DNA of 64,000 nt from an uncultured Trueperaceae bacterium (GCA_963727505.1 CAVSGP010000009.1:544001-608000); one strand, 5' to 3'; positions 1 through 11,178 are shown, counted from the stretch's first letter. Notes: a model not told the origin generated them from the sequence alone. Translations and numbers: made by a program.

Positions 1-1
1 G

Positions 2-481
2 GTCGGCGAGGAGATCGCCCGGGCCGCGGAGCGCGCCGCGGCGGAGGACCGAGCCTTCGTGGCGGTGACGGCGTCGGGCGGGGCCCGCATGCAGGAGGGC
101 GCGTTGTCGCTGATGCAGATGGCCAAGACGACGGTGGCCCTCGAGGAGCTGTCGCGGAGGCGCCTGCCCTACGTGAGCGTGCTCACCGACCCGACCACGG
201 GCGGCGTGACGGCCAGCTTCGCGACCCTGGGCGACGTGATCTTCGCCGAACCCGGCGCGCTCATCTCGTTCGCCGGGCCGCGGGTCATCCAGCAGACCAT
301 CAAGCAGGAGCTCCCCGAGGGCTTCCAGCGCTCCGAGTTCCTGCTCGAGAAGGGCATGGTCGACGATGTCGTGTCGCGCAAAGCGCTCAAGGGACATCTC
401 GCGCTCACGCTTAGGTTGCTGCGCGCAGGCCGTCGCGAGCGCGGCTCCGAGCCGGAGGTGACGCGTGCCGCTGCCGTTTGA
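2..481 (+). CDS. accD: Acetyl-CoA carboxylase carboxyltransferase beta subunit (5' end outside window)
   Basis: [20 protein letters not shown] and [12 protein letters not shown] motifs; overlaps the accA start. Confidence 0.97.
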   Translation, partial: VGEEIARAAERAAAEDRAFVAVTASGGARMQEGALSLMQMAKTTVALEELSRRRLPYVSVLTDPTTGGVTASFATLGDVIFAEPGALISFAGPRVIQQTIKQELPEGFQRSEFLLEKGMVDDVVSRKALKGHLALTLRLLRAGRRERGSEPEVTRAAAV

Positions 482-1418
482 GAAGCCCATCGAGGACCTC
501 GAGACCAAGATCGAGGAGATGCGCGCCTACGCTTCCGAACAGGGCATCGAGCTGGCCGACGAGATCGGGTTGCTGCAGCAGCGTTTGGAGCGCCTGAAGC
601 GCGATACCTTCGACAACCTGACCCGTTGGCAGCGGGTCCAGGTGGCGCGTGCGGCCGGTCGCCCGACGGCCATGGACTACCTCCAGGGCGCCTTCGATGG
701 CTTCACCGAGCTCCACGGCGACCGGACCCTCGGCGACGACCCCGCCATCGTTGCGGGCCTGGCGCGGCTCGGCGAGCGGAGCCTGGTGGTGATCGGCCAG
801 CAGAAGGGGCGGGACACCAAGGAGAACATCCACCGCAATTTCGGCATGTCGCACCCCAGCGGCTACCGCAAGGCCATGCGCATGTTCGATCTGGCGGACA
901 AGTTCGGCCTGCCCGTCGTCACCCTGATCGACACGCCGGGTGCCTACCCTGGCATCGCGGCCGAGGAGCAGGGGCAGGCGTGGGTCATCGCCGAGAGCAT
1001 CCGGCGTATGAGCCGTCTGACGGTGCCTGCGGTCAGCGTGGTGATCGGCGAGGGCGGTTCCGGAGGTGCGCTCGCGGTCGGGGTCGCCAACCGCGTCCTG
1101 ATCCTGGAGAACGCCATCTACTCGGTGATCAGCCCGGAGTCCTGCGCCGCGATTCTGTGGCGCGACGCCGGGGAGGCCGAGAAGGCGGCAGAGGCCCTCA
1201 AGCTCACCGCCTACGACCTGCTGGAGCTGGGCGTGGTGGACCGCGTGATCGACGAGCCGATCGGCGGGGCGCACAAGGGCCGCGAGGAGACCATCCGGCG
1301 GGTGCGCGAGGCGGTGCTCGAGGAGATCGCTGGATTGCGTTCGATGTCGCCGGACGCCCTGCAGGAGCAGCGCCGGTCCCGCTTCCGCGATCTCGGCCGC
1401 TTCCGCGACGCCGCCTGA
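465..1418 (+). CDS. accA: Acetyl-CoA carboxylase carboxyltransferase alpha subunit
   Basis: [30 protein letters not shown] and YSVISPE motifs. Confidence 0.98.
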   Translation: MPLPFEKPIEDLETKIEEMRAYASEQGIELADEIGLLQQRLERLKRDTFDNLTRWQRVQVARAAGRPTAMDYLQGAFDGFTELHGDRTLGDDPAIVAGLARLGERSLVVIGQQKGRDTKENIHRNFGMSHPSGYRKAMRMFDLADKFGLPVVTLIDTPGAYPGIAAEEQGQAWVIAESIRRMSRLTVPAVSVVIGEGGSGGALAVGVANRVLILENAIYSVISPESCAAILWRDAGEAEKAAEALKLTAYDLLELGVVDRVIDEPIGGAHKGREETIRRVREAVLEEIAGLRSMSPDALQEQRRSRFRDLGRFRDAA

Positions 1419-1461
1419 ACGACGCCGCCTGAACAACGGTTCCTGAACAACGGTTCCTGAA
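1406..1461. repeat. Four 14-bp degenerate tandem repeats spanning the accA stop
   Basis: cgacgccgcctgaa x2 then caacggttcctgaa x2, read directly. Confidence 0.9.
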
Positions 1462-1578
1462 CAGCTGCGCCCGAGCGACGGGAGCTGTGGCCGGCTCGAT
1501 CGAGGACCGATCCCGACCACCTTTCGGGCCTGGCGACGGGGCCGGCCTGCGCGGTGCGGAGCCTGCAGCTGCCTGGGC

Positions 1579-2241
1579 TCAGCCGGTGGCGGCCCTCAGC
1601 GCTGCGATGTTCTCGGCGACCGAGCCGTCCCCGCCGAACACGGCGCTTCCCGCCACGAGGATCTCCGCTCCGGCAGCCCGCACCCGTGCAGCGGTGTCGG
1701 GCGCGATACCGCCGTCGACCTCGATCACGCAGTCGGGTTTCACGGCGTCGCGCAGCTCCGCGGCGGCGGCGATGCGATCGACGCTGCGTGGGATGAAGGC
1801 CTGACCGCCGAAGCCGGGGTTCACCGTCATCAGGAGCACGGCATCGAGGTAGGGCAGCGCCTCCTCCAGGACGGTGAGCGGGGTCAGTGGGTTGAGGGCG
1901 AGTCCGACACGCACCCCGCCCTCGCGCACCTGCTGCAGCAGGCGGTGCAGGTGGGGGGTGACCTCGGCATGGACGTGGAGGACGTCGGCCCCCGCCTCGA
2001 CGAAGGCTTCGATGTAGCGCTCCGGGTTCTGGATCATGAGGTGCACGTCGAGCGTGAGCGAAGTAACGCGGTGCACCGCGGAGACCACTGCCGGTCCGAA
2101 CGTGATGTTGGGAACGAAATGACCGTCCATCACGTCGAGATGGATCAGGTCGGCGCCCGCCGCCTCGGCACGGCGTACGGCGCCGCCGAGGTCGGCGAAG
2201 TCGGCGGCCAGGATGGAGGGCGCGATGCGGACGGTGTTCAC
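1579..2241 (-). CDS. rpe: Ribulose-phosphate 3-epimerase
   Basis: IAPSILAADF, HLDVMDGHFVPN, MTVNPGFGGQ and EVDGG motifs; TATACT 7 nt before the GTG (leaderless). Confidence 0.98.
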   Translation of the reverse strand: MNTVRIAPSILAADFADLGGAVRRAEAAGADLIHLDVMDGHFVPNITFGPAVVSAVHRVTSLTLDVHLMIQNPERYIEAFVEAGADVLHVHAEVTPHLHRLLQQVREGGVRVGLALNPLTPLTVLEEALPYLDAVLLMTVNPGFGGQAFIPRSVDRIAAAAELRDAVKPDCVIEVDGGIAPDTAARVRAAGAEILVAGSAVFGGDGSVAENIAALRAATG

Positions 2242-2269
2242 GCCGCGGAGTATAGCAGGGGGGCGTCAG

Positions 2270-2300
2270 CGTGCCGGAGGGCGACCCGCCCTCCGGCACG
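2270..2300 (-). terminator. GC hairpin downstream of gabT
   Basis: cgtgccggagggcg-acc-cgccctccggcacg, 14-bp stem; no U tail. Confidence 0.55.
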
Positions 2301-2320
2301 ACGTCGCCGGACCGCGAACC

Positions 2321-3637
2321 TCAGGCGACGGAGCCGACGGGTTCGAGCACCGCGCGGATCGAACGTTCCAGGATCTCGAGCCCCTCGTCGAGTTCCGCGT
2401 CGCTGAGGCGCAGCGGCGGCAGCAGCCGGATGACGTTGCCGTAGGTGCCGGTCGAGAGCAGCATGAGTCCCTGCTCGCGCGCCTGCGCCACCACCGCCGA
2501 CACCGCGGCGGCGTTCGGCTCCTTGCTGCCCGGCTCGATGAATTCGATGCCGATCATGGCGCCGCGGCCGCGAACGTCGCCGATCTGCGCGAATTCGCGC
2601 TGCAGCTTCGCCAGACGCTCGCCGGCACGCTGTCCGATGACGCGGGCACGTTCCAAGAGGCCCTCCTCCTCCAGCACATCGAGGGTGGCCAGCGCCGCGG
2701 CGCAACTCACTGGGTTGCCGCCGAAGGTGGAGCCGAGCATGCCGGGCTCGATCGCGTCCATGATGCTGGCCTTGCCGATGACCGCGGAGAGCGGGAAGCC
2801 CGAGGAGAGCGCCTTGGCGCTCGTCACCAGGTCGGGCTCGAGCCCGTAGGCGTCCACGGCCCAGAAATCGCCCGTGCGGCCGATGCCCGCCTGCACTTCA
2901 TCGTCGATCCAGAGCGCACCGATCTCGTCGGCGTAAGCGCGCAGGCCGGCCAGGAAGCTGCGGGGCGCCGGGATGAAGCCTCCCTCGCCCGCCACCGGCT
3001 CGATGATGAACGCGGCCACTTCGCTCTGGCCGATGGTCGTCTTGACCTGGTCGCGCAGCGCACGCAAGCTGCGCTCGCCGACCTCCTCGGCATCCTCGAG
3101 CCCCCAGGGGTTGCGGTAGGCGTAGGGGTAGGCCGCGCGGTACACCTCGCTGGCCCGGGGCGCGAAGTGCGCCTTGTAGGGGTTGGCCTTGGCCGTGAGC
3201 GACATCGCCATGTAGGTACGCCCGTGGAAGGCGTGCGTGAACGCCACGATGCCGGCGCGGCCGGTGTAGGCGCGCGCGATCTTCACCGCGTTCTCCACCG
3301 CCTCGGCGCCGGAGTTCACCAGGAACGTCTTCTTGGGGCTGTCGCCCGGCGCGAGCGCGTTGAGGCGCTCGGCAAGGGCGATGTAGCTCTCGTGCATGGC
3401 GACGGCGAAGCACAGGTGCTGGAACGACGCTGCCTGCTCCTGCACCGCACGGATGACGCGCGGGTGGGAATGCCCGACGTTCATCACCGCGATACCGACC
3501 GAGAAGTCGAGGTAGCGGTTGCCGTCAGCGTCCCACACGTATGCGCCCTCGGCGCGGGTAGGGTAGAAGGGGTGGGTGCTGTAGGCCGCGGGCGCGACGG
3601 CGTCCCGTCGACGTTGGGCGAGGCTGGCGTTGCTCAT
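2321..3637 (-). CDS. gabT: 4-aminobutyrate aminotransferase (class III PLP)
   Basis: NSGAEAVENAVK, FHGRT, DEVQAGIGRTG, SAKAL and TFGGNP motifs; AAGGAGGA RBS before the ATG at 3637. Confidence 0.88.
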   Translation of the reverse strand: MSNASLAQRRRDAVAPAAYSTHPFYPTRAEGAYVWDADGNRYLDFSVGIAVMNVGHSHPRVIRAVQEQAASFQHLCFAVAMHESYIALAERLNALAPGDSPKKTFLVNSGAEAVENAVKIARAYTGRAGIVAFTHAFHGRTYMAMSLTAKANPYKAHFAPRASEVYRAAYPYAYRNPWGLEDAEEVGERSLRALRDQVKTTIGQSEVAAFIIEPVAGEGGFIPAPRSFLAGLRAYADEIGALWIDDEVQAGIGRTGDFWAVDAYGLEPDLVTSAKALSSGFPLSAVIGKASIMDAIEPGMLGSTFGGNPVSCAAALATLDVLEEEGLLERARVIGQRAGERLAKLQREFAQIGDVRGRGAMIGIEFIEPGSKEPNAAAVSAVVAQAREQGLMLLSTGTYGNVIRLLPPLRLSDAELDEGLEILERSIRAVLEPVGSVA

Positions 3638-3848
3638 GGGCGTCCTCCTTCGAGCGGGGGCTTGCAATCGTAAGCATCCTAGACAGACCGCCTACGAAGC
3701 AGAACCAAAACGCGTGCCTCACCGTAAGAACCGAGGCGCGTGGTGAATATCCCTCCTGCATGGTATCACCCGCCCACGACGCCGTGAACCCCGTCGGAGG
3801 CGTCGTCGGATGACAGCGTGGCGGGGCCGCCGGCGTAGCATGGGGAGC

Positions 3849-4625
3849 GTGAGCGCGCCCCTCGTCGAGGCCGTCGTGCGGCCGCTGGACGCATCTTGCC
3901 GCCGTCGTGCTGCCGCCTGGGCCGAACGGCTGGCGCTACCCCTCGCCGCGACGGGTCCTCCCGTCGATGGCGTCGTCCTCGAGGTCGGGCCGGAGGGGCT
4001 GGCGCTGCGCCTGGCGGAGGGTCCGCGGGTCAGGGTGGCGCCGCGCACCCTGACGCGGCGCAGGAGCGGGGGCCGGGACCTGCTGCTGCGTGCCGTGGGC
4101 CGTCTGGAAGACGGGGATCTCGTGGTCGATGCCACCGCCGGCCTGGGCGCCGACGCGTTCCACCTCGCCGCCCAGGGTATGCGCGTGCACATGCTCGAAC
4201 GCCAGCCGTTGGTCGCCGCCTTGCTGGAGGACGCCCTGCAGCGCGCCGCCGCGGGGCACGAAGGGGAGGACGCACGGCAGGCGGCGGCGCGCCTGTCCCT
4301 GGCCGGCGGCGACGCCCGGGTACGCCTCGTCGCGATCGATCCGCCCCCTGCCGTGGTGTTGCTCGATCCCATGTACCCTGACGCGGGCAAGCGTGCGCTG
4401 CCCAACAAGGGCATGGCGCTGTTCCGGACGCTTGTCGGCGACGACGCCGATGCCGCGGAGCTGCTCCTCGTGGCGCTGCGGGTGGCGCGCAGGCGTGTGG
4501 CCGTGAAGCGCCCGCGCCGCGCCGCGCCGCTCGGAGAAGCATCGGGCGCGCCCGCTCCCAGTGGGAGCGTGATGGGTACCACCACGCGCTACGACCTGTA
4601 CGCGCCGCGCCCGCCTGCGACCTAG
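3849..4625 (+). CDS. rsmJ: RsmJ-like class I SAM-dependent rRNA methyltransferase
   Basis: VDATAGLGADAF, LDPMYP, RRVAVKRP and TTRYDLY are typical of RsmJ; TAGCAT 7 nt before the GTG. Confidence 0.8.
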   Translation: MSAPLVEAVVRPLDASCRRRAAAWAERLALPLAATGPPVDGVVLEVGPEGLALRLAEGPRVRVAPRTLTRRRSGGRDLLLRAVGRLEDGDLVVDATAGLGADAFHLAAQGMRVHMLERQPLVAALLEDALQRAAAGHEGEDARQAAARLSLAGGDARVRLVAIDPPPAVVLLDPMYPDAGKRALPNKGMALFRTLVGDDADAAELLLVALRVARRRVAVKRPRRAAPLGEASGAPAPSGSVMGTTTRYDLYAPRPPAT

Positions 4626-4703
4626 ACTGGGAGCCGTCGACGCCGGGCGCCCCTGCCTCGCGTTCGAGGGGCCGGGCGATGCGCGTTGGAGAGCGAGGAT
4701 ACG

Positions 4704-5567
4704 GTGACGAGCGACAAGACGGAGCAAACGACGACGGAACCCAGCACGGTGGAGCGCGTGGCGGTCCTCGGAGCCGGCACGATGGGCGGAGGGATCGCCA
4801 CTCTGCTGGTGGCGAGCGGTTTGCATGTGGCGCTGTACGACGTGGCCCAGGAGGCCCGGGAGCGCGCCGCGGAGCGCGTCGCCAGACGCAACGAGGCCGA
4901 GGCCGCGCGCGCCCGCCTGCGCCTCACCGGCGACCTGCCTGAGGCCGTGTTCGACGCGGACCTGGTCATCGAGGCGGCGCCCGAGCAACTCGAGTTGAAG
5001 CGACGACTCTTCGGCGAGCTGGGTCGCCACGCGCCGACGCGCGCGGTGCTCGCCACCAACACCAGCGAGTTGTCGGTGACGGCCATCGCGGCGGCGACGA
5101 CGCGCCCGGAGCGCGTGATCGGGATGCACTGGTTCAACCCTCCCGAGCGCATGGCGCTGGTGGAGATCGTCCGGGCTGTGCAGACCTCCGAGGCCACGCT
5201 CGCCACCACCCGGGCGCTCGCCGAACGGTGCGGCAAGACCACCGTCACCGTGGCCGATCGTCAGGGTTTCGTCACGACCCGTGCCGTCGCCGCCCTGCTG
5301 CTCGAAGGGGTGAGGATGTTGGAGGAGGGGGTCGCCAGCGCCGAGGACATCGACGCCGCGGTACGGCTCGGCCTCAACCATCCCATGGGCCCGTTGGAGC
5401 TTTCGGACTACATCGGGCTGGACACCATGCTCTATATCGCAGAGTCCATGACCGACGCCATGGGCGAGCGCTTCCGGCCGCCCCAGCAGCTGCGGAAGCT
5501 GGTGGAGGCAGGCCACCTGGGCCGCAAGAGCGGGCGGGGCTTCTACGATTACCGCGAGGACGACTGA
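4704..5567 (+). CDS. 3-hydroxyacyl/3-hydroxybutyryl-CoA dehydrogenase
   Basis: GAGTMGGGIA, ATNTS, GMHWFNPP, HPMGPLEL and LGRKSGRGFY motifs. Confidence 0.92.
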   Translation: MTSDKTEQTTTEPSTVERVAVLGAGTMGGGIATLLVASGLHVALYDVAQEARERAAERVARRNEAEAARARLRLTGDLPEAVFDADLVIEAAPEQLELKRRLFGELGRHAPTRAVLATNTSELSVTAIAAATTRPERVIGMHWFNPPERMALVEIVRAVQTSEATLATTRALAERCGKTTVTVADRQGFVTTRAVAALLLEGVRMLEEGVASAEDIDAAVRLGLNHPMGPLELSDYIGLDTMLYIAESMTDAMGERFRPPQQLRKLVEAGHLGRKSGRGFYDYREDD

Positions 5568-5600
5568 GCCCGCGCCGCGGCGCCGGAGCACAGCACGGGA

Positions 5601-5624
5601 ATCGCCTCCCGAACGGGAGGCGAT
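5601..5624. terminator. Hairpin between the convergent dehydrogenase gene and tRNA-Gln
   Basis: atcgcctccc-gaac-gggaggcgat perfect 10-bp stem. Confidence 0.7.
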
Positions 5625-5626
5625 GC

Positions 5627-5700
5627 TGGCTGGCCCACAGGGATTCGAACCCCGACCGACCGGACCAAAACCGGTTGTCCTGCCATTAGACGATGGGCCA
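5627..5700 (-). tRNA. tRNA-Gln (anticodon UUG)
   Basis: 74-nt cloverleaf TGGCCCA...ACCGG-TT-TTG-GT-CCGGT...GGTTCGAATCC...TGGGCCAGCCA with encoded CCA. Confidence 0.97.
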
Positions 5701-5741
5701 ACGGGGTGGACGGCGCCGACCCGAAGGGTCGGGACAGGCAG

Positions 5742-5771
5742 AGTGTATCCGCGGTCCCGTCGAAGTGTCAA
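5742..5771 (-). promoter_or_regulatory. Sigma70 promoter of tRNA-Gln(UUG)
   Basis: TTGACA-18 nt-TACACT on the minus strand. Confidence 0.8.
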
Positions 5772-5835
5772 CCAGACACGTCGTGGACGCAGCTTCATGT
5801 CGTTCGCGGGATGCGTTGCCGGGGTGGAAAGAAAA

Positions 5836-5909
5836 TGGCTGGCCCACAGGGATTCGAACCCCGACCGACCGGACCAGAACCGGTTGTCCTGCCATTAGAC
5901 GATGGGCCA
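5836..5909 (-). tRNA. tRNA-Gln (anticodon CUG)
   Basis: Identical to 5627-5700 except the wobble base; encoded CCA. Confidence 0.97.
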
Positions 5910-5924
5910 GCGAGGACGAACACG

Positions 5925-5954
5925 AGTGTATGGAAAGGCCGGGGCCCCCGTCAA
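5925..5954 (-). promoter_or_regulatory. Sigma70 promoter of tRNA-Gln(CUG)
   Basis: TTGACG-18 nt-TACACT on the minus strand. Confidence 0.75.
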
Positions 5955-6075
5955 GGGTCATCGAGTCGGCGCCCCCTTGTCGTCGACGCCCCGGAGGCTG
6001 GTAGGGTATACTCTCGACGCTCCGAGGCCGGGCGGCCCGGCCGTGCGCGCGGGCCGGCCCGTCGGTGAGACCCGT

Positions 6076-6166
<91 letters not shown>

Positions 6167-6169
6167 AGC

Positions 6170-6197
6170 CGGCCGCTCCCTCAGGGGGCGGCCGTTT
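6170..6197 (+). terminator. Intrinsic terminator after tRNA-Ser
   Basis: cggccgctccc-tca-gggggcggccg followed by ttt. Confidence 0.65.
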
Positions 6198-6228
6198 CAT
6201 GCAGGACCCCCTCGGACAGGAGTGAGCC

Positions 6229-6855
6229 ATGCCCGTCACCGTCGTCGACCACCCGCTGATCCAGCACAAGCTTTCCATCCTGCGCGACCGCGAGACCACC
6301 GTGCGCGACTTCCGGGAGCTGTGCACCGAGATCACCATGCTGATGGCGTTCGAGGCGATGCGCGACCTTCCACTCGAGGACGCCGTGGTGCAGACGCCGG
6401 TGGCCCCCGCGCGGGTCAAGCGCCTGTCCGGCAAGAAGCTGGCGCTGGTCGGCATCCTGCGCGCGGGACTGGTGATGGTCGACGGCATCCTCGGGCTGGT
6501 GCCCAACGCGCGCGTCGGGCACATCGGCCTCTACCGCGACCCGGAGACGCTCCAGCCGGTGGAGTACTACACCAAGTTGCCGGGCGACATCGCCGACCGC
6601 CAGGTGTTCCTGCTCGACCCCATGCTTGCGACGGGGGGGAGCGCAGCCAGGGCGGTCGACGTGCTGGAGGCCCACGGCGCCAAGTCGGTCAAGCTGCTGT
6701 GCATCATCGGGGCTCCCGAAGGGATCGATGTGGTCCAGAAGGCCCATCCGGACCTCGACATCATCCTGGCGGCGCGTGACGAACACCTCGACGAGCACGG
6801 CTACATCGTGCCCGGATTGGGAGACGCCGGCGACCGCATCTACGGCACCCGGTGA
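6229..6855 (+). CDS. upp: Uracil phosphoribosyltransferase
   Basis: [23 protein letters not shown] and [12 protein letters not shown] motifs. Confidence 0.98.
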   Translation: MPVTVVDHPLIQHKLSILRDRETTVRDFRELCTEITMLMAFEAMRDLPLEDAVVQTPVAPARVKRLSGKKLALVGILRAGLVMVDGILGLVPNARVGHIGLYRDPETLQPVEYYTKLPGDIADRQVFLLDPMLATGGSAARAVDVLEAHGAKSVKLLCIIGAPEGIDVVQKAHPDLDIILAARDEHLDEHGYIVPGLGDAGDRIYGTR

Positions 6856-6961
6856 GCGGCGCGGGCGCGTGCCTGCGGGCGCGCGGACCACGACTCCGGA
6901 GCCGGATGGCCGGGGCCGGCGCTGCGCACGGATCCGTCACACAGCGGCCTAGAATGGTCTT

Positions 6962-8068
6962 GTGAGTCCCTCGCTCACCGCGTCCCTGCCGGGCGCCTCC
7001 ATCGCGTTCGTGACGGCGCTGGTCACGGTCGGGCTGTTCGTCCCGCGGCTCCGGCGCTTCGCGCTGCGCATCGACGCCGTGCAAGAGGGCGGCGGGGTTC
7101 ACGGGCGCGGCCGGCGCCTGCACGACGGTGCCATCCCCAACATCGGCGGCATCGCCATCCTCGGTGGCTTCTTGATGGCGCTCCTGGTGGGTAGCCTGGT
7201 GGCGCCCGACCTGATCGACCCGTTCCGCGTGCAACTCCTCGCCATCGCCCTCGGCGCCGCGCTGATGGCGCTGGTGGGTTTCATCGACGACATGTGGGAG
7301 GTGCCGCCCGTCATGAGGCTGGCGTCGCAATTCGTGGCTGCCGGCATCCTGGTCGTGAACGGGGTGAGCATCGGCTTCGTGACCAACTACTTCGGTCCCA
7401 CCAGTTACGTCTTCATCCCGGAGCTGGCGACCGTGCTGGTCACGCTCCTATGGGTGGTCGGGTTCACCAACGCCTTCAACTTCATCGATGGCCTGGACGG
7501 GCTGTCGTCGGGCATCGCCGCCATCTCCAGCATGAGCCTGCTGGCGGTGGCGCTGCAGTTCCCCGATCGCGGCGCGGCCGTCTTGCTGCTGGCGTCGCTG
7601 GCGGGGGCCGCGCTCGGGTTCCTGCGCCACAACTTCAGCCCCGCGAAGATCATCATGGGCGACTCCGGCGCCTACCTGCTGGGGTACGTCCTCGCTGCCG
7701 TGAGCGTTCTTGGAGCCCTCAAGGTGACGGCCGCGGTGACGGTGGTGGCGCCGATCCTGGTGCTGGCGCTGCCCGTGGTCAACATCACCCAGGTGACCTT
7801 CCGGCGACTGCGCCGCGGCGCCAGCCCCGCCGAGGCCTCCAACGACCACATCCACGACCTGCTGCGCGCCCGCTCCGGATCCAACCGCGGCACCGTCATC
7901 GCGTTGTGGGTGGCGACGCTGGGGCTCGGTCTGGTCGGCATGACGATCTCCGACACCCCGCCGGCGCTGACGCTGTTCACCCTGTTGCTGACGGTGGTGA
8001 TGATCGCCGGCGTGTCGGTCTTGCGTCTGGCCGAGGTGCGCCGGGAGCGGCGGGAGTCGGTGTCGTGA
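6962..8068 (+). CDS. wecA: Undecaprenyl-phosphate GlcNAc-1-phosphate transferase (MraY/WecA/TagO family)
   Basis: [32 protein letters not shown] and DHIHD motifs; multi-TM; next to wecB. Confidence 0.85.
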   Translation: MSPSLTASLPGASIAFVTALVTVGLFVPRLRRFALRIDAVQEGGGVHGRGRRLHDGAIPNIGGIAILGGFLMALLVGSLVAPDLIDPFRVQLLAIALGAALMALVGFIDDMWEVPPVMRLASQFVAAGILVVNGVSIGFVTNYFGPTSYVFIPELATVLVTLLWVVGFTNAFNFIDGLDGLSSGIAAISSMSLLAVALQFPDRGAAVLLLASLAGAALGFLRHNFSPAKIIMGDSGAYLLGYVLAAVSVLGALKVTAAVTVVAPILVLALPVVNITQVTFRRLRRGASPAEASNDHIHDLLRARSGSNRGTVIALWVATLGLGLVGMTISDTPPALTLFTLLLTVVMIAGVSVLRLAEVRRERRESVS

Positions 8069-9291
8069 GCGCCGCCGCGGGGGCCGCAGGGGAGGCCGCG
8101 CGCGTGTGCGTGGCGTTCGGCACCCGGCCGGAAGCGAACAAGATGGCACCCGTGGTGCGCGCCCTCCAGGAAGCTCCGGAGCTGCGAGCGGTGACCCTCG
8201 TGACCGGGCAGCACCGAGAGCAGCTCGACGCCTCGCTCCGCATCTTCGGGATCGTTCCCGACGCCGACCTGGCGGTGATGACCGAGCGCCAGACGCTGCC
8301 GGAGCTCACCGCACGCATCGTGCCCGCTGCCGCCCGCACGCTGCGGGAGCTGGCCCCCGACTACGTCCTGGTCCACGGCGACACCCTGACCACCTTCGCA
8401 GTGGCGCTGGCGGCGTTCTTCGAGGGCATGCGCGTCGCCCATGTCGAGGCCGGGCTGCGTTCGCACGACCTGGCCCAGCCCTTCCCGGAGGAGGCCAATC
8501 GGCGCCTGACCGATGTCGTGACCGACCTGGACCTGCCGCCCACCGCGCTTGCCAAGCGCAACCTGCTGGCCGAGGGCAAGCAGGAGGAGGCCATGGTTGT
8601 CACCGGCAACACCGCGGTGGACGCGGTCGTGCAGGCGAGCCGCCAGGCGCGGTTGCCGCGGGCGCTGCCGGCGGGTCCGGTGGTCGCCATCACCATGCAT
8701 CGTCGCGAGAACCTGTCGGTCATGGCGGAGCTGGCCGGTGCGCTGGCGCGGGTGGCCCGCGCTCACCCCGACCGGACCTTCGTCTACCCGGTCCACCTCA
8801 ATCCCGCCGTGCGCGAAGCGATCACGCCCGCCCTGGCCGGACTGGACAACGTGCTGCTGGAGGAACCCTGGGACTATCTCGGGATGCTCGCGCTTCTCCG
8901 CCGCAGCGAGCTCATCGTGACCGACTCCGGCGGTATCCAGGAGGAGGGAGCCGCGTTGGGTGTGCCCGTCGCGGTGTTGCGCAACGTCACCGAGCGTCCG
9001 GAGGGCGTGGAGGCGGGGGTGCTCAGGCTGCTCGGAAACGACCCGTCGGTGGTCGAGTCCGGCCTCGACGCGCTCCTCGCCGAGCCGGCGGCACTGGAGG
9101 CCATGCGCAGGGCCCCCAACCCGTACGGCGACGGTCGTGCCGGCGTCCGTGTGGCGCAGGCGGTGGCGTGGCGTCTGGGTCTCGGCCCGCGCCCCCGCGA
9201 CTGGCAGGGGCCGGATGGCGCCGACACGGGTCGATCGGCGGAGGCGTCGTCCGACGGCAGGCCCGCCGGCGAGGCGGCCGCAGGTGGCTGA
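8065..9291 (+). CDS. wecB: UDP-GlcNAc 2-epimerase (non-hydrolysing)
   Basis: [37 protein letters not shown] and NPYGDG motifs; GTGA overlap with wecA. Confidence 0.96.
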   Translation: MSAAAGAAGEAARVCVAFGTRPEANKMAPVVRALQEAPELRAVTLVTGQHREQLDASLRIFGIVPDADLAVMTERQTLPELTARIVPAAARTLRELAPDYVLVHGDTLTTFAVALAAFFEGMRVAHVEAGLRSHDLAQPFPEEANRRLTDVVTDLDLPPTALAKRNLLAEGKQEEAMVVTGNTAVDAVVQASRQARLPRALPAGPVVAITMHRRENLSVMAELAGALARVARAHPDRTFVYPVHLNPAVREAITPALAGLDNVLLEEPWDYLGMLALLRRSELIVTDSGGIQEEGAALGVPVAVLRNVTERPEGVEAGVLRLLGNDPSVVESGLDALLAEPAALEAMRRAPNPYGDGRAGVRVAQAVAWRLGLGPRPRDWQGPDGADTGRSAEASSDGRPAGEAAAGG

Positions 9292-10303
9292 CGGCCCGCG
9301 TCCGACCGCGGGTGACGTCCGGCCCGAAGACGCTCGGGCGGGGCCGCTCCCTCACGAGGACGCGGCCGCCGCAGCGCGTGGCGTCTCGTGGGCCTTCGAG
9401 CAGCATCGCCTCGCCTTCGGTCGCCCCGTTCCCGGCGCGGAGCGCGAGGGGGACGTCTGGATGCTGCGGTGGCGGGCGACCGCCCTGATGGGGATCGTGA
9501 ACGTCACGCCCGACAGCTTCAGCGACGGCGGCCGCTTCGCCGGCGATGCCGTGGCCGCGATGGATGCCGGTCTGGAGCTGTGGCGCCAGGGGTCCGCCTT
9601 CGTCGACGTCGGCGGGGAGTCGAGCCGGCCCGGTGCCGAGAGCGTCCCGGAGGTCGAGGAGTTGCGACGCGTGCTACCGGTCGTCGCGGGCCTGGCGGAG
9701 CGTGGCGTGCGTGTCAGCATCGACACCGTCAAGCCGGGCGTCGCTCGCGAAGCGGTGAAGGCGGGCGCCTGCCTCGTCAACGATATCCGGGGGCTCGCGA
9801 GTCCCGCGATGCGCGCGGTGTGCGCCGACGCCGGCGTGCCCGCCGTGGTCATGCACATGCAGGGGGAGCCCCGAACCATGCAGCACTCGCCGCGTTACCG
9901 CGACGTGGTCGGCGAGGTCGAGCGCGTGCTGCTGGAACGCGCCCGCCTGGCACGGGCGGAGGGTGTGCCGTCGGTGCTTGTCGATCCCGGCATCGGGTTC
10001 GGCAAGACCGTGGAGCACAACCTTTCCCTGCTTGCATCGACGCGGCGGCTCGCCGACCATGGCCTGCCGCTGCTTGTGGGCGCCTCCCGCAAGCGCATGA
10101 TCGCCCTTCTGGCCGCCCTCGACGGCGACCCGATGGAGCCCGATCGGAGGCTTCCGGGCAGTCTGGCGCTGCACCTCTACGCGGCCGAGCGCGGCGCCGC
10201 CGTGCTGCGCGTGCACGACGTGGCGGAGCACCGCCAGGCCCTGACGGTGCTGACCGCCCTCGAGGAAGCGGCTGCGGCCGTGCCGGGGGTGGGCGGTGGA
10301 TAG
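9284..10303 (+). CDS. folP: Dihydropteroate synthase (N-terminal extension; start uncertain)
   Basis: [37 protein letters not shown] and RVHDV motifs. Confidence 0.95.
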   Translation: MADGPRPTAGDVRPEDARAGPLPHEDAAAAARGVSWAFEQHRLAFGRPVPGAEREGDVWMLRWRATALMGIVNVTPDSFSDGGRFAGDAVAAMDAGLELWRQGSAFVDVGGESSRPGAESVPEVEELRRVLPVVAGLAERGVRVSIDTVKPGVAREAVKAGACLVNDIRGLASPAMRAVCADAGVPAVVMHMQGEPRTMQHSPRYRDVVGEVERVLLERARLARAEGVPSVLVDPGIGFGKTVEHNLSLLASTRRLADHGLPLLVGASRKRMIALLAALDGDPMEPDRRLPGSLALHLYAAERGAAVLRVHDVAEHRQALTVLTALEEAAAAVPGVGGG

Positions 10304-10649
10304 GATCGTGCTGCAGGGATTGGAGTTCCACGGCTACCACGGTGTCTTCGAGGAGGAATCGAAGATGGGCGCGCGCTTCGTGGTCGACGTAGAGCTGAGC
10401 CTCAGCCTCCCCGAGCGCGACAGTCTGCGGCAGACCGTCGACTACAGTCGCGTCTACGGCCTGGTCCGGCGCGAGGTGACGGAGAAGCGCTACAAGCTCA
10501 TCGAGGCGTTGGCGGCGCAGATCGCGGGCGCCCTCCTGGCGTCGGAGACCCGCGTGCAGAGCGTCGTGGTGCGGGTGCACAAGCCCCACGCCCCGCTTCC
10601 CGGGGTGGTGCGCGACGTGTTCGCCGAGGTCCGGCGCGAGCGCGCCTGA
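10296..10649 (+). CDS. folB: Dihydroneopterin aldolase
   Basis: FHGYHGV..EE, TVDYS, LIEALA and VHKPHAP motifs. Confidence 0.96.
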   Translation: MDRIVLQGLEFHGYHGVFEEESKMGARFVVDVELSLSLPERDSLRQTVDYSRVYGLVRREVTEKRYKLIEALAAQIAGALLASETRVQSVVVRVHKPHAPLPGVVRDVFAEVRRERA

Positions 10650-10656
10650 GGCGGGC

Positions 10657-11178
10657 TTGACCGTGCTTCCCGACACGCCGGCGCTGGTTGCGCTGGGTAG
10701 CAACCTCGACGATCCCCTCGATCAGCTCCGGCGCGCCGCCCGGGCCCTGCAGGGCCTGGGCGGGACCGCACTGTTCTCGCCGCTCTACCGCACCACGCCG
10801 GTCGGGGGACCTGCTGGTCAGCCAGACTTCCTCAACGGCGTGGCACTGCTCGAGCCGCTGCCCCCCTGGTCCCAGCCCGACGCGCTGCTCGAGGCCCTGC
10901 TGGCGATCGAGCGTGGCCAGGGCCGCCGTCGGCGCGAGCGCTGGGGCCCGCGCACGCTCGACCTGGACCTGTTGGCACTGGGCTCCCGCACGCTCGAGAC
11001 GCCCCACCTCACCTTGCCCCACCCCCGCATGATGGATCGCGCGTTCGTGCTGGCACCGTTGTGCGAGCTACTGCCGGGATGGCGCCACCCCGTCACCGGC
11101 GAGGATGCCTGCGCCGCGCTGAAGCGCGTCGGACTCTCCGGCGTCGAGCGCACCCGGCTGGCGTGGAGCCCACGGTAG
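10657..11178 (+). CDS. folK: 6-hydroxymethyl-7,8-dihydropterin pyrophosphokinase
   Basis: ALGSNL, QPDFLN, RWGPRTLDLDLL and LPHPRM..RAFVL motifs. Confidence 0.96.
   Translation: MTVLPDTPALVALGSNLDDPLDQLRRAARALQGLGGTALFSPLYRTTPVGGPAGQPDFLNGVALLEPLPPWSQPDALLEALLAIERGQGRRRRERWGPRTLDLDLLALGSRTLETPHLTLPHPRMMDRAFVLAPLCELLPGWRHPVTGEDACAALKRVGLSGVERTRLAWSPR

Noticed and set aside
3741..3769. GabR/MocR-type operator upstream of gabT (TGGTGA...TGGTAT)
   Set aside because: Short, imperfect match, and no MocR-family gene in the window.
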